Below are positions 18,071 to 27,437 of a stretch of DNA of 64,000 bases, in pieces. Both the position numbers and the translations under genes were made by a program. The notes beneath the pieces are model-generated. The model was not told the DNA's origin, did not search any database, and worked only from the letters and a program-made list of their open reading frames with translations. This DNA is from Planctomycetota bacterium (lineage in GTDB: Bacteria; Planctomycetota; JAJSAM01; JAJVHW01), in the NCBI GenBank assembly GCA_965248445.1, contig CBDFJG010000003.1, positions 384,001 through 448,000 of the forward strand. Direction: 5' to 3'. The stretch's first letter is position 1, and each line of letters begins with the position of its first letter.

Positions 18071-20368
18071 GTGATTCGCTTCAGCGTCGTGTCGTTCGCG
18101 CTCCTCTTCGCCGCGGCCTGCGCTTCCGTCGCGGGAGAACGTGGTCCGTCGCTCGAGTTCGAACCACTACCCGGCAGCGCCGCGGGTGAGTGGTCTGCTC
18201 CTGCGCTGGTCTCCGGCACAACCGAGCGCTTCGGTGACGCGCAGCAACTGGCGCGCGCCGGACGCGTCGGCGAGGCAGTGCGGGCGCTCCGCGCACTGAT
18301 CGAAGACGAACCACGGGCCGTCGAGGCACATCGACTGTTGCAGGATCTCCTGCTCGTCTCGCCGGGGGACTGGTGGGTGCGCCGGTACTACCGAGCTCTC
18401 CTCGAACGGTCACCCAGTGACGCCGACGCGCTCTACCTGAACGGCAGGATCGAGCCGGACCCCGAGCGCCAGAGTGAACTCTTCGAACGGGCGCTGAGCG
18501 AGAACCCGGCGCATCCTTACGCGCGCATCGGCCGCGCGCTCACCCTGCAACGCGCCGAGCGGTACCAGGACGCGCTCGACGAGGCGCGTGCGGCCGCCCT
18601 CTCGGCCCCGCACGTCCGGTTGCCTTGGCTCTTCATGGCGTCGCTGGCCCTGTCCCGGGGTAGCGACGATCTGGCTGACGAGTTGTTCGCAGAAGCCGGC
18701 CGGCGGCACATTCGCGATCCCCGGCCGTGGCTCGGCCGGATGGTGGTCGCATTCGAGGACGGCCGAATGGGCGACTCGAGTTCGCACGCACTCGCCGCGC
18801 TCACGCGAGCGCCCGGCGAAGCACGCACGCTCGCCGGCGCCGTCGGGATGCTCGTGGAGTCAGCGGTACCCGACCATCTCGCAAGTGCGGCCAAGATCCT
18901 GGGTACCGCCCGGGCCGACGCCGAGGACCCCGGGGCCGTGGACCTCGCCATCGGACGGTTGCAACTGGCGGTTGGCGATGCCGAGGCCGCGGAGCAGGCG
19001 CTCGTGCGCGGCGAAGCGGCCGGCCTGGATCCCTTCGAAACGGGGCGATACCTGCGGCGAGCGCGGATCCTCGCGGGACGCTACTCCTCGGCGGTGTCCG
19101 GCGCGCTCTCCGCGTTGCCCGCAGACGTGCTGCTGTCAGACAACTTGTACGCGGGGCGCTGGGCGCACCTCATCGAATGTGCGCGTACGGCGGACGCCCG
19201 TCCCCGCGACGGCGAGGCGCTGCGCGCCATGGCAGCCGCACTGCGCAGCGTAGGGTGGCGGCGCGAGGCGACCGTTGTACGCGCGCGCGCAGCGGCGGAA
19301 GCGCCGGGCGACGCAGCGCTTCGCGCCCAAGCCGCGGACGCGCGCGCGTTCGACCGCTTCCTGGACGCGTTGGCCGCGCTCGCTCGTGATCTCCGCGACG
19401 TGCGTCGCAGCGGAGGCAAGACGCCGTCTCTTGAGGTCGCCATGCAGCGCATCCGCGAGGCGTCGCTCGTGCACCTCGGCCGCGACGTCACGTCGGGCGC
19501 CGAAGTGCGCAGTTACCCGTTGCTGGGCAAGGTCGCCGCGAGCGTGGCATCCGGCGGCGCGTTCGCGGCGGAGTTCGATGATCGCGGTCTGTTGCTCCTG
19601 GTGGGTGAGCGCCGGGGGGACGGACTGCAAGTCGTCCTCGGACGACTCGTGCTCGTGCGGGCCGACACGGCGGAGGTCGTTCTGGGCCGCGAACTGACGC
19701 TCGACGAGTGCTGGCTCGAGACGTCCGGGCTGCCCCCGGATCTCGCCGGATTCCGTGGCGGTCTCGCCGGCCTCACCGTCGACCGGCTGGTGTTGCTGCA
19801 ACTCGAGACCTGCCTGCGCGCCCCGGAGCCCCTGCACCCCGGCGTGCCGTTCGAGCCGCGGCCGGCTGCGACCGAGGCGGACCTGATCGCGCTCGACACG
19901 CCGTCGGCGGTCGCGCAACGCATCGAACTCTCACTCGCTGCCAACGGCCGGGTCGGACTCGACGTGCTGGAAGCGGTTCGGCGGCACGAACTGGGGCACG
20001 TGCTCGACGCACGACGGATCCTCCCGATCGGGCGCAAGCCGCTGCGTGCGCTGGGTCTTCTCGCCGCATCCGGTTTCGATGGGGGCGCCGTGGAGCAGCG
20101 ACTCGAGGGGCGGGCCGCCGTAGTCGCGCTGGTCGAGGCCGCCAGTCCGCGCGCCGCGCTGGCTTCGTTGCTCGGCTTCCTGCCCGATCTTCAGGGCTCG
20201 ACCGCTCACGCTGCCGGCTACCGGGAGGTCGTGTCGACGGCCGTCGAGCTCTTGCGCGACGACCCGAAGTCGTTTCCGTCGGTGTCGCAGGATCAAAATC
20301 TGCTGCAGCAGATGGACCGACTCACCGACGCGGAGATCCGGGAACTGGGACGCCGCTTGCTCGACTAG
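18071..20368 (+). CDS. TPR-repeat lipoprotein with C-terminal HExxH motif
   Basis: Lipobox-like FAAAC. Multiple TPR-like repeats (ALYLNGRI, ERALSENPAHPYARIGRA). RRHELGHVLD near the C-terminus. Confidence 0.65.
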   Translation: MIRFSVVSFALLFAAACASVAGERGPSLEFEPLPGSAAGEWSAPALVSGTTERFGDAQQLARAGRVGEAVRALRALIEDEPRAVEAHRLLQDLLLVSPGDWWVRRYYRALLERSPSDADALYLNGRIEPDPERQSELFERALSENPAHPYARIGRALTLQRAERYQDALDEARAAALSAPHVRLPWLFMASLALSRGSDDLADELFAEAGRRHIRDPRPWLGRMVVAFEDGRMGDSSSHALAALTRAPGEARTLAGAVGMLVESAVPDHLASAAKILGTARADAEDPGAVDLAIGRLQLAVGDAEAAEQALVRGEAAGLDPFETGRYLRRARILAGRYSSAVSGALSALPADVLLSDNLYAGRWAHLIECARTADARPRDGEALRAMAAALRSVGWRREATVVRARAAAEAPGDAALRAQAADARAFDRFLDALAALARDLRDVRRSGGKTPSLEVAMQRIREASLVHLGRDVTSGAEVRSYPLLGKVAASVASGGAFAAEFDDRGLLLLVGERRGDGLQVVLGRLVLVRADTAEVVLGRELTLDECWLETSGLPPDLAGFRGGLAGLTVDRLVLLQLETCLRAPEPLHPGVPFEPRPAATEADLIALDTPSAVAQRIELSLAANGRVGLDVLEAVRRHELGHVLDARRILPIGRKPLRALGLLAASGFDGGAVEQRLEGRAAVVALVEAASPRAALASLLGFLPDLQGSTAHAAGYREVVSTAVELLRDDPKSFPSVSQDQNLLQQMDRLTDAEIRELGRRLLD

Positions 20369-20379
20369 CCCGCGTCGTT

Positions 20380-20419
20380 CAGCAGCCTAGCGTGGCGGCC
20401 AGCAGCCTAGCGCGGTGGC
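20380..20419. repeat. 20-bp tandem duplication spanning the pepP stop codon
   Basis: cagcagcctagcgtggcggc followed by cagcagcctagcgcggtggc (18/20). Confidence 0.8.
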
Positions 20420-21876
20420 GCGACGTCGAACGCGGCAGGCTGCGCCATCAACGCCTCGATCTCTGCGCGCGTCTTCGGCACTCCGCTGGACAGCACTTCG
20501 TATCCATCTGTGGTGACGAGCACCGTGTCCTCGATGCGCACCCCGAGCGCCTGCTCCGCGATGTAGACGCCCGGCTCCACGGTCAGGACGCTGCCGACCT
20601 CCAGCGGGCGTGCGCGCGGGGGACTCCACGAATCGTGCACGTTCAACCCGACGCTGTGGCACGTGCCGTGGAAGAAGTACTGGTCCAGCCCGTGCTCACG
20701 CAGCGTCTCCCTCGCGACCTTGTGGATGTCGCCGAGCGTGACACCGGGCTTCACGATCGCTAACGCCTTGGTCTGGGCCTCCAGTACCGCGTCGTAGACC
20801 CTTGCCTGCTCCTTCGTGAACTTGCCGTTGACGGGGAACGAACGCGTGACGTCGGCGGCGTAGCCCTCGTACTCGCCACCTACATCCATCACGACGATGT
20901 CGCCGTTCTGCATGATCCGCTCGTTGTCGCGGTAGTGGAGGATGCACGAGTTGGGGCCGGAGCCGATGATCGAGGGAAAAGCCTGCTTCGCGCAGCCCGC
21001 CGCCTTGCAGTGGAACTCCAGGATCGCTGCGAGCTGGTACTCGGCGAGTCCCGGGCGCGCGACCGTCAGCGCATCATGGATCCCGCGCACCGTGGACGAC
21101 ACGGCCCGACGAATCTTATCGACCTCCCAGTCCGACTTCGCGGCGCGAAGATCCGTGATCAGGCGTCGCGCGGACTGCACCCACACCGCCCCGGGGACGT
21201 CTTCCGGCACACCGCTGTTCGGCATCGGCTTCAAGGAGCCTCCCTCCGGCATCAGCGCGCCGAGCACCTCTTCGAGGTCCTCGCGGCGCTCCTTGCCGTC
21301 GTCCGGTGCCGACGCGGAGATGAACAGGCGTTTGCGTGACTCCAGCAGCTCGGAGAGTTCGGCGCCGAGCGATTCGATCGGAAGCGCGCGATCGAACGAG
21401 AAGTGCTTGGCGGTCGCTTCATCCGGCCCGTGCTGCCGGCCGTTCCATCGCTCGAACGCCGGACGGCGGGGCTGCAGGAACAACGTCGAGTGCGGCTTTC
21501 CCGCCGCGAGGTGCAGGACCACCGCGCCCAGCGGCTCACGTGCCGGTGACACGTAGAAGAACTCGTCGCTGCGCGCACGATCGCTCAGCCCGCGGCCGGC
21601 ACCCGCGGCCAGCACGACCACGAGGGCGTCTTCGCCCGCGGCGCGTGCCAGCGCATCGCGACGTGCCCGGAACTCTGCAGCGTCCGGGTGACGGACGGTC
21701 TTGGCGTCGGCGACAGGCGGGCGCAGCGGTGCTTGCTGCGGCTTCGCGGGCGTGTCCCCTCGATCTTGTGCAGTGGCAGGTGTTGCGAGAACGGCGGCGA
21801 GCGCGAGGACACCCAGGCTGGCTCCCATGATCCCCACGTTCGCCCCCGGGATCCTCTGCGCGGGTCTGGCTCTCAT
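20407..21876 (-). CDS. pepP: Xaa-Pro aminopeptidase (M24B) with apparent signal peptide
   Basis: LHYR, DVGGEYEGYAADVTRSFP, HGTCHSVGLNVHD, TVEPGVY and GVRIEDTVLVT metal-binding motifs. The start could alternatively be 21828. Confidence 0.9.
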   Translation of the reverse strand: MRARPAQRIPGANVGIMGASLGVLALAAVLATPATAQDRGDTPAKPQQAPLRPPVADAKTVRHPDAAEFRARRDALARAAGEDALVVVLAAGAGRGLSDRARSDEFFYVSPAREPLGAVVLHLAAGKPHSTLFLQPRRPAFERWNGRQHGPDEATAKHFSFDRALPIESLGAELSELLESRKRLFISASAPDDGKERREDLEEVLGALMPEGGSLKPMPNSGVPEDVPGAVWVQSARRLITDLRAAKSDWEVDKIRRAVSSTVRGIHDALTVARPGLAEYQLAAILEFHCKAAGCAKQAFPSIIGSGPNSCILHYRDNERIMQNGDIVVMDVGGEYEGYAADVTRSFPVNGKFTKEQARVYDAVLEAQTKALAIVKPGVTLGDIHKVARETLREHGLDQYFFHGTCHSVGLNVHDSWSPPRARPLEVGSVLTVEPGVYIAEQALGVRIEDTVLVTTDGYEVLSSGVPKTRAEIEALMAQPAAFDVAPPR

Positions 21877-21885
21877 GCAGGGAGT

Positions 21886-22338
21886 CTACTCGGACGGCGG
21901 GCGCAGAACCGCCACGAGGCCGCTCTCGTCCTCTGCCGTCAGCAGAGCGCTGCGCAGCTCTTCGCTCTTGAAGCGCTGCACGGCGGCGGCCAGGTACTGG
22001 AGGTAGCGGCGCTGCCGATCCGTCGGCCCGGCGATCAGGACCACGTGGTGGACGGGCTCGCCGTCGAACGCGTTCCAGTCGATGCCTTCGCGGGAGCGGC
22101 CGTAGGTGACGACGAAGTCTGTCACCGCGACGATCTTGGCGTGAGGCACCGCAACGCCACCGCCGATGCCGGTTGACTCGACGTCCTCGCGCTCGAGGAG
22201 AGCCTCGAGCAGGCGCTCCTTGTCCGTGACCTCGGAGGCACTCCCGAGAGACTCGACCATTTCGAGTAGGGCGGCATCTCGAGTGCGGCTTCGAAGGTCG
22301 CGGACGCGGGCGTCGGCGAGCAGATCGGTCGGGCTCAT
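21886..22338 (-). CDS. PTS EIIA (fructose/Ntr-type) domain protein
   Basis: LLEREDVESTGIGGGVAVPHAK with the phospho-His, and GIDWNAFDGEPVH. Confidence 0.9.
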   Translation of the reverse strand: MSPTDLLADARVRDLRSRTRDAALLEMVESLGSASEVTDKERLLEALLEREDVESTGIGGGVAVPHAKIVAVTDFVVTYGRSREGIDWNAFDGEPVHHVVLIAGPTDRQRRYLQYLAAAVQRFKSEELRSALLTAEDESGLVAVLRPPSE

Positions 22339-22353
22339 GCTGGTCTCGTCGGT

Positions 22354-22409
22354 GTGTGGATCAAAAAGCCGTTGTGTGGATCAGAAGCCGGGGTGTGGAT
22401 CAGAAGTCG
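22354..22409. repeat. Three tandem copies of GTGTGGATCA(G/A)AA.. between yraN and the EIIA gene
   Basis: Copies start at 22354, 22374 and 22393. The third contains the yraN stop. Confidence 0.85.
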
Positions 22410-22774
22410 AGGTTGGTGATCGGCACGAAGCGTACGACGGATGGCCGACCCTCCGCGTCGAGGTCCACGGCCGCGCCGAGGAACTCGCGCGGAGCGGAGC
22501 TCCGTCCGCGACTCGCCAGCAGGTGTTCGGCGGCCCGCGCGACGCGGCGGAGCTTCGTCGGCGTCAGCGCTTCCTCGGGGCCACCCGCAGTTCCGCCGGG
22601 CCGCCGTGCTTTCACCTCGACGAAGACGAACGTGCCGCGCTTCTCTGCGACGACGTCGATCTCGCCGTGCGGCGTCTGAACGTTGCGATCGAGGATGCGA
22701 CAGCCACGTCCACGCAGGGCCTGTGCCGCGAACTCCTCGGCATCTGCCCCGCGCTGGAGGTGCCCGCGCGACAC
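22400..22774 (-). CDS. yraN: YraN/UPF0102 family nuclease-like protein
   Basis: GADAEEFAAQALRGRGCRILDRN...GEIDVVA...VFVEVKAR. Confidence 0.92.
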   Translation of the reverse strand: MSRGHLQRGADAEEFAAQALRGRGCRILDRNVQTPHGEIDVVAEKRGTFVFVEVKARRPGGTAGGPEEALTPTKLRRVARAAEHLLASRGRSSAPREFLGAAVDLDAEGRPSVVRFVPITNLDF

Positions 22775-22781
22775 GTCGCGG

Positions 22782-23165
22782 TTACTTCTTCTTCGCGACG
22801 ACGATGCGTTCGCGGAGTCGTGCGGACTTGCCGGAGCGCTCGCGCAGATAGTAGAGCTTGGCCCGTCGGACCCGCGCCTTGCGCTTGATGTTCACGTGTG
22901 CGACGCGCGGTGAGTGGATCGGGAAGACGCGCTCGACGCCCTCGCCCGCCACGATGCGGCGCACGGTGAACTTCTCGTTGATGCCGGCGCCGCGGCGCGC
23001 GATGACCACGCCGCCGAACGTCTGGATGCGCTGCTTCTCCTCGAGCTTGCCCTTCTTCTCGACGGTCTCGGTGATGACGACGCCGACGTCCACGGTGTCG
23101 CCCACGTCGAACTCGAGTGGCTTCTCGCGCAGGAAGGGCGTCTCGATGTCGCTGAGCTTTCTCAT
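22782..23165 (-). CDS. rplS: 50S ribosomal protein L19
   Basis: FDVGDTVDV...[11 protein letters not shown]...[21 protein letters not shown]...[18 protein letters not shown]. Confidence 0.98.
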   Translation of the reverse strand: MRKLSDIETPFLREKPLEFDVGDTVDVGVVITETVEKKGKLEEKQRIQTFGGVVIARRGAGINEKFTVRRIVAGEGVERVFPIHSPRVAHVNIKRKARVRRAKLYYLRERSGKSARLRERIVVAKKK

Positions 23166-23189
23166 GGTCTGTCTCCAGTGTCCCGCCGG

Positions 23190-23870
23190 TCAGTCTGCGC
23201 TGCTTGTCTTACGACGTGCGGCCGTTCGTCTCCGTGACATCTCCTCGCGCCAGGCTTCGATCCGGGCATGGTCTCCGGACAGCAGGACGTCGGGGACGCC
23301 GAGCTCCCGGAACTTCGGTGGACGGGTGTACTGCGGGCCCTCCAGGCGATCGCCGTGCGAGAACGACTCGCTGATCGCGGAGGAGGCGTCGCCGAGCGCG
23401 CCGGGCAGAAGCCTGACGACTGCGTCGATGATCGCGAGCGCCGGGATCTCCCCGCCCGTCAGCACGAAGTCGCCGAAGGAGACCTCATGGGGGGAGAGGA
23501 GTTCACGGATGCGCTCGTCGAAACCCTCGTACCGGCCGCACACCAGGATCAGGTGATCCTCGGCGGCGAACTGCCGCGCGAGGTCCTGCTGGAACCGCTC
23601 ACCCTGGGGGGAGAGCAGTACAACGTGACCCGGGCCGCGCTCCCGCAGGATGCGTTCCACGCACGGCACGACGACGTCGGCGCGCAGGAGCATCCCGGGA
23701 CCGCCACCGTACGGCCGGGCGTCCACCGACCGGTGCCGGTCGGAGGAGAAGTCGCGGATGTCATAGAGCCCTACGTCCACCACGCCGGCTTCCCTGGCAC
23801 GACCGAGGATGCTCGTTTCGAGCACGCCCTCGAGCATGCCTGGGAACAGCGTGGCGACGTCGATCTTCAC
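23190..23870 (-). CDS. trmD: tRNA (guanine37-N1)-methyltransferase
   Basis: KIDVATLFP, VDARPYGGGPGM, LSPQGE, CGRYEGFDER, DFVLTGGE and PQYTRP. Start reassigned to GTG 23870. Confidence 0.96.
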   Translation of the reverse strand: MKIDVATLFPGMLEGVLETSILGRAREAGVVDVGLYDIRDFSSDRHRSVDARPYGGGPGMLLRADVVVPCVERILRERGPGHVVLLSPQGERFQQDLARQFAAEDHLILVCGRYEGFDERIRELLSPHEVSFGDFVLTGGEIPALAIIDAVVRLLPGALGDASSAISESFSHGDRLEGPQYTRPPKFRELGVPDVLLSGDHARIEAWREEMSRRRTAARRKTSSAD

Positions 23871-24036
23871 GTTTCTCGAGTACGCTTCGATCTGCCCGGT
23901 GCCGTCCGGCGGGCCAACGGGCCCACGAGCGCCACCGAGCCCGGCATGATCCCAACTCCCCCGGCAGGCTCGCCTGGAAATCAGAGCGGGGCCCCAAATC
24001 TGGCGACCGGGCCGCGCGGGGCGGCAGGATGGCCAC

Positions 24037-24636
24037 ATGTACGGGGGAATCATCCCGGGGATCGGTCGCGTCGTGGCCGTCGAGGTTGCCGAGGGCGCGG
24101 CGCTGCGCCTCGCCGTGGACGTCTCCGTGCTCGGCCGCACCCCGCGGCACGGCGACTCGATCTCGATCGCCGGGGCGTGCTTGACGGTCGTGGAGTATGC
24201 CGACGGGGTGGCGCGCTTCGACGTGGTGGGGGAGACCGTGCGGCGTACCACGCTCGGTACGCTGGCCCCCGGTGACGCCGTCAACGTCGAGGGAAGCCTC
24301 CGGGTCGGTGATGAGATCGGTGGCCACCAGGTGTCAGGGCACATCGACGGCGTTGGCGAGGTCCGGTCGTTGGAGCGCCGTCCGGATGAGACCTGGATGA
24401 CCATCGCCGCGCCGCCGGAGGTGCTGGACACGCTCGCACCCAAGGGTTGGGTCGCGGTCGAGGGCGCGAGTCTGACGGTCGCAGACGTGGATGCGGCGGC
24501 GGGGACGTTCTCGATCGCGCTGATCCCCGCGACGCTCTCGCTGACGACCTTGGGCGCCGCGGTGGTGGGAACGCGGCTGAACCTCGAAGGCGATCCCATC
24601 GGCCGCCACGTCGCGCGGTTCCTTGCTTCACGTTGA
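24037..24636 (+). CDS. ribE: Riboflavin synthase (alpha-type)
   Basis: GDSISIAGACLTV, ETVRRTTLG, VNVEGSLRVGDEIGGHQVSGHIDG, LIPATL and LNLEGD. The N-terminus is MYGG rather than MFTG. This gene is called ribC in E. coli nomenclature. Confidence 0.88.
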   Translation: MYGGIIPGIGRVVAVEVAEGAALRLAVDVSVLGRTPRHGDSISIAGACLTVVEYADGVARFDVVGETVRRTTLGTLAPGDAVNVEGSLRVGDEIGGHQVSGHIDGVGEVRSLERRPDETWMTIAAPPEVLDTLAPKGWVAVEGASLTVADVDAAAGTFSIALIPATLSLTTLGAAVVGTRLNLEGDPIGRHVARFLASR

Positions 24637-24691
24637 GCGCCCGTGCGCGTGGCCTTCGGCTCGCGGCGCGATCAGCGCCGCGAGCTTCAGA

Positions 24692-25855
24692 TCAGAACCC
24701 GCCGAAGAGGAACGACGCGAACGTCAGGATCGGTGCGTTCTCGCGTGCGTCGCCGGCGCCGGCGGTGAGCGCTTTCAGGGAGTCGCGCAGTTCCACGTAC
24801 AACTCCTCGTCCTGGATGAGCTTGCCGAGCGTTCCCTCGCCGCGGCGGATGCGTCCCGTGATCTGGGCGACGTCCTTCGAGATGTTGTCCACGCGCTCCC
24901 CGAGCTGCTCGTCGTAGAGGAGCTTGCCGAGCGCACCCTGCCCGGAGCGCACCGCCGCGGCCACAGCCTTCAGGTCCGAGGCCGTCGCCGCGAGATCGTC
25001 ATAGAGCGCCGGGTCGTTCAGCAGGCGCCCGAGTGAGCCGCCTCCCGAGTCGAGCTTGGTCGTGACCGACCGGACGTTCGACATGCTCGCCTTCAGGTCC
25101 GATGCGAAGGTCTGGTCGTGCAGCATCATGTCAAGTGCGCCGCCGCCCTGTTTCGCATCCCGCGCCACATCGCGGATGCCCGCGATCGCCTCCTTCAGGT
25201 CGTCGTACAGCGTCTCGTCCGTCAGCAGCTTGCCGATGGTGCCCCTGCCGTCGCGCAGATCCTGACTGATCGCCTTGGCGTCGGACACGACCTCTCGCGC
25301 CTCGGTCGCCACCGCGCGCGCTTCCTTCGCGAACTCGTCGAGGTTCTCCGCGATGTTTTCGCTGCGGTCCGCCAGGTCACCGGTGATCTTGCGGATGTTC
25401 TCGGCGCTCTCCTTGAGCGGTCCGCGCAACTCGGCGACCGTCTCGTTGAGCTCGTCGAACATCCCTCCGCCGCTCGTGCCGTTGACGACGCCCGGAGCCA
25501 TGGCCGGCTGATCCGGCGTACCCGGGTGGATCGACACGACCGCTCCCCCGAGTGCTGAACGCGCAGCGACCTCGATCTCCGCGTCGCCACGGAGGTTCGG
25601 GTCGTAGTCGAGCGCCATGTGCACCTCGACGTGTCCCGTCCCGTCGGGAGCGATCGAGGTGACGCGTCCGGCCTTCGTGCCGTAGACCCAGACGTCGTCG
25701 CCCTCGCGCAGACCGGCGACCTCGCGGAAGCGAGCCGTCATGTCGTGCTTGTCACCGCCGCCGAGGAAGTTCGGATCCTTGATCCAGAGAGTCATCGCCA
25801 TGAGCACTGCCAAGAGTGCGAAGAGCACGAGTCCGACCAAGAGTTGGCGAGTCAT
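24692..25855 (-). CDS. mlaD: MlaD/MCE family protein with long helical C-terminal extension
   Basis: N-terminal TM, MCE motif ARFREVAGLREGDDVWVYGTKAGRVTSI, and five G(T/S/A)(L/I)GKLLxD-like repeats. Confidence 0.85.
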   Translation of the reverse strand: MTRQLLVGLVLFALLAVLMAMTLWIKDPNFLGGGDKHDMTARFREVAGLREGDDVWVYGTKAGRVTSIAPDGTGHVEVHMALDYDPNLRGDAEIEVAARSALGGAVVSIHPGTPDQPAMAPGVVNGTSGGGMFDELNETVAELRGPLKESAENIRKITGDLADRSENIAENLDEFAKEARAVATEAREVVSDAKAISQDLRDGRGTIGKLLTDETLYDDLKEAIAGIRDVARDAKQGGGALDMMLHDQTFASDLKASMSNVRSVTTKLDSGGGSLGRLLNDPALYDDLAATASDLKAVAAAVRSGQGALGKLLYDEQLGERVDNISKDVAQITGRIRRGEGTLGKLIQDEELYVELRDSLKALTAGAGDARENAPILTFASFLFGGF

Positions 25856-26622
25856 CAGTCCCTCCCGGCGCCGGTCTCTGCGACCGCGCCCTGTTCTACA
25901 AAACTGCGAATGATGGGGTGGTCGCTCGCGCGGAACTCGTCCGGTGTGAGCAGCCGGTCGATCCGCCCGTTGTCGAGCAGACCGATGTGGTCGCCGACGC
26001 GCAGCGCCGACGTGACGTCGTGACTGACGATGATCCCGGTCGCGCCGAGGTCGTCGCGCGCGTCCGTGATCAGCGTGTCGATCGTACGTGTCGTCATCGG
26101 GTCGAGTCCGGTCGTCGGCTCGTCGTACAGGACGAGCGCCGGCTCGAGCACGGTCGCGCGGGCGAAGCCCACGCGCTTGCGCATGCCTCCGGAGAGTTCT
26201 GCGGGGAACTTGTTCCCGATGTCGGCGAGGCCGACCGCGGCGAGGCGGGCATCGACCGTCTCGGTCACCTTGCGGTCGGGAACGCCGCGTTCGCGGAGAG
26301 GCAGCGCCACGTTCTCGCGGGCGCTCATCCAGTTGATGAGGGCGGCCCCTTGGAACACGAACCCCATGCGCTCACGGGCCGTGGCGAGATCCTGGCCCGA
26401 TGCGCCGTCGATTCGGATGCCGTCCACGTCGACCGAGCCGCCGTCCGCCGCGAGCAGACCGCACAGGATCTTCAGCGTGACGCTCTTGCCGGTGCCGGAC
26501 AGTCCCATGATGACGACGTTCGAGCCCCGCGGCACGTCGAGGTCCAGACCGTCGAGGACGACGTTGTCCCCGAACGCCTTGCGCACGCCGCGCAGCCGGA
26601 CCGCGGTCTCGCCACCGCTCAT
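25855..26622 (-). CDS. mlaF: MlaF-like ABC ATP-binding protein
   Basis: Walker A GLSGTGKS, signature ELSGGMRKRVGFARA and YDEPTTGLDP. Start set at ATG 26622 (ATGA overlap with mlaE). Confidence 0.92.
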   Translation of the reverse strand: MSGGETAVRLRGVRKAFGDNVVLDGLDLDVPRGSNVVIMGLSGTGKSVTLKILCGLLAADGGSVDVDGIRIDGASGQDLATARERMGFVFQGAALINWMSARENVALPLRERGVPDRKVTETVDARLAAVGLADIGNKFPAELSGGMRKRVGFARATVLEPALVLYDEPTTGLDPMTTRTIDTLITDARDDLGATGIIVSHDVTSALRVGDHIGLLDNGRIDRLLTPDEFRASDHPIIRSFVEQGAVAETGAGRD

Positions 26623-27437
26623 GCGAGCACCACCCAGAAGAGCCACGTCATCACGTAGCCGACGACGAGCGTGAGGACGACTGCCGCGACGACGCTGCCT
26701 CGCACAGCTCGTCCCACACCGAGTGCGCCACCGCGGGCACGCAGTCCGAACGAGCACGAGAGGCCGCCGATCATCACGCCGAACACGAGCGACTTGATCA
26801 ATCCGGAGTACAGATCCTTCGAAAGCGATCCGAACGTCAACTTGCCGGCCAACGCGTCGCGTGCCTTCTCGAAGAAGTCGGCCATGGGCACGCCGTATTG
26901 GGTTTCCGTGACGATCGCAGCGCCGAAGATGCCGACGACGATGACGAGGACCGTGAGCAGCACGGATGACACAGCGAGCGCGTAGAGGCGTGGCGAGACG
27001 AGGAACGTGACCGGATCGACGTTCATGAGTTCGAGCGCGTCGATCTCCTCGCTGACCTTCATGGTGCCGAGTTCGGCTGCGATGGCGGCGCCCGCCGTCG
27101 CGGCGAGGATGATCGCGGTGATGAACGGCCCCATCTCGCGGGCGAGGGTCGCCGCGACGATGATCGCCAGCTCGCCCTCGACGCCGTAGCGGCTCAGCTC
27201 CTCGCCGGTCTGCAGCGCGAGGATCATCCCGACGAAGAGCCCGACGATGCTGACCACCACGAGGCTCTTGACCAGCTGCACGTGAAGCTGTTCGACGAGT
27301 CGACCGAGCGCGCGCATCGGCTGACGCGGCACCAATCCTCGCGTCAGCCCCTGCACGAGGAGGAGCGCGGTGTGGCCGGCGCCCTCGCAGCCGTCGGCCA
27401 GGCCGGTCAGCAGTCCGCGGCGGGTGTCGGCGCTCAC
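26619..27437 (-). CDS. mlaE: MlaE-like ABC permease
   Basis: REMGPFITAIILAATAGAAIAAELGTMKVSEEIDALELMNVDP...PR and GGALGVGRA. Start set at GTG 27437 (GTGA overlap). Confidence 0.92.
   Translation of the reverse strand: MSADTRRGLLTGLADGCEGAGHTALLLVQGLTRGLVPRQPMRALGRLVEQLHVQLVKSLVVVSIVGLFVGMILALQTGEELSRYGVEGELAIIVAATLAREMGPFITAIILAATAGAAIAAELGTMKVSEEIDALELMNVDPVTFLVSPRLYALAVSSVLLTVLVIVVGIFGAAIVTETQYGVPMADFFEKARDALAGKLTFGSLSKDLYSGLIKSLVFGVMIGGLSCSFGLRARGGALGVGRAVRGSVVAAVVLTLVVGYVMTWLFWVVLA

Noticed and set aside
22340..22410. Replication origin at the DnaA-box-like triplet
   Set aside because: The spacer is only about 60 bp inside an operon, with no AT-rich unwinding element and no dnaA/dnaN nearby.
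23871..24599. 243-aa N-terminal extension of TrmD
   Set aside because: It is antisense to riboflavin synthase. TrmD homology begins at GTG 23870.
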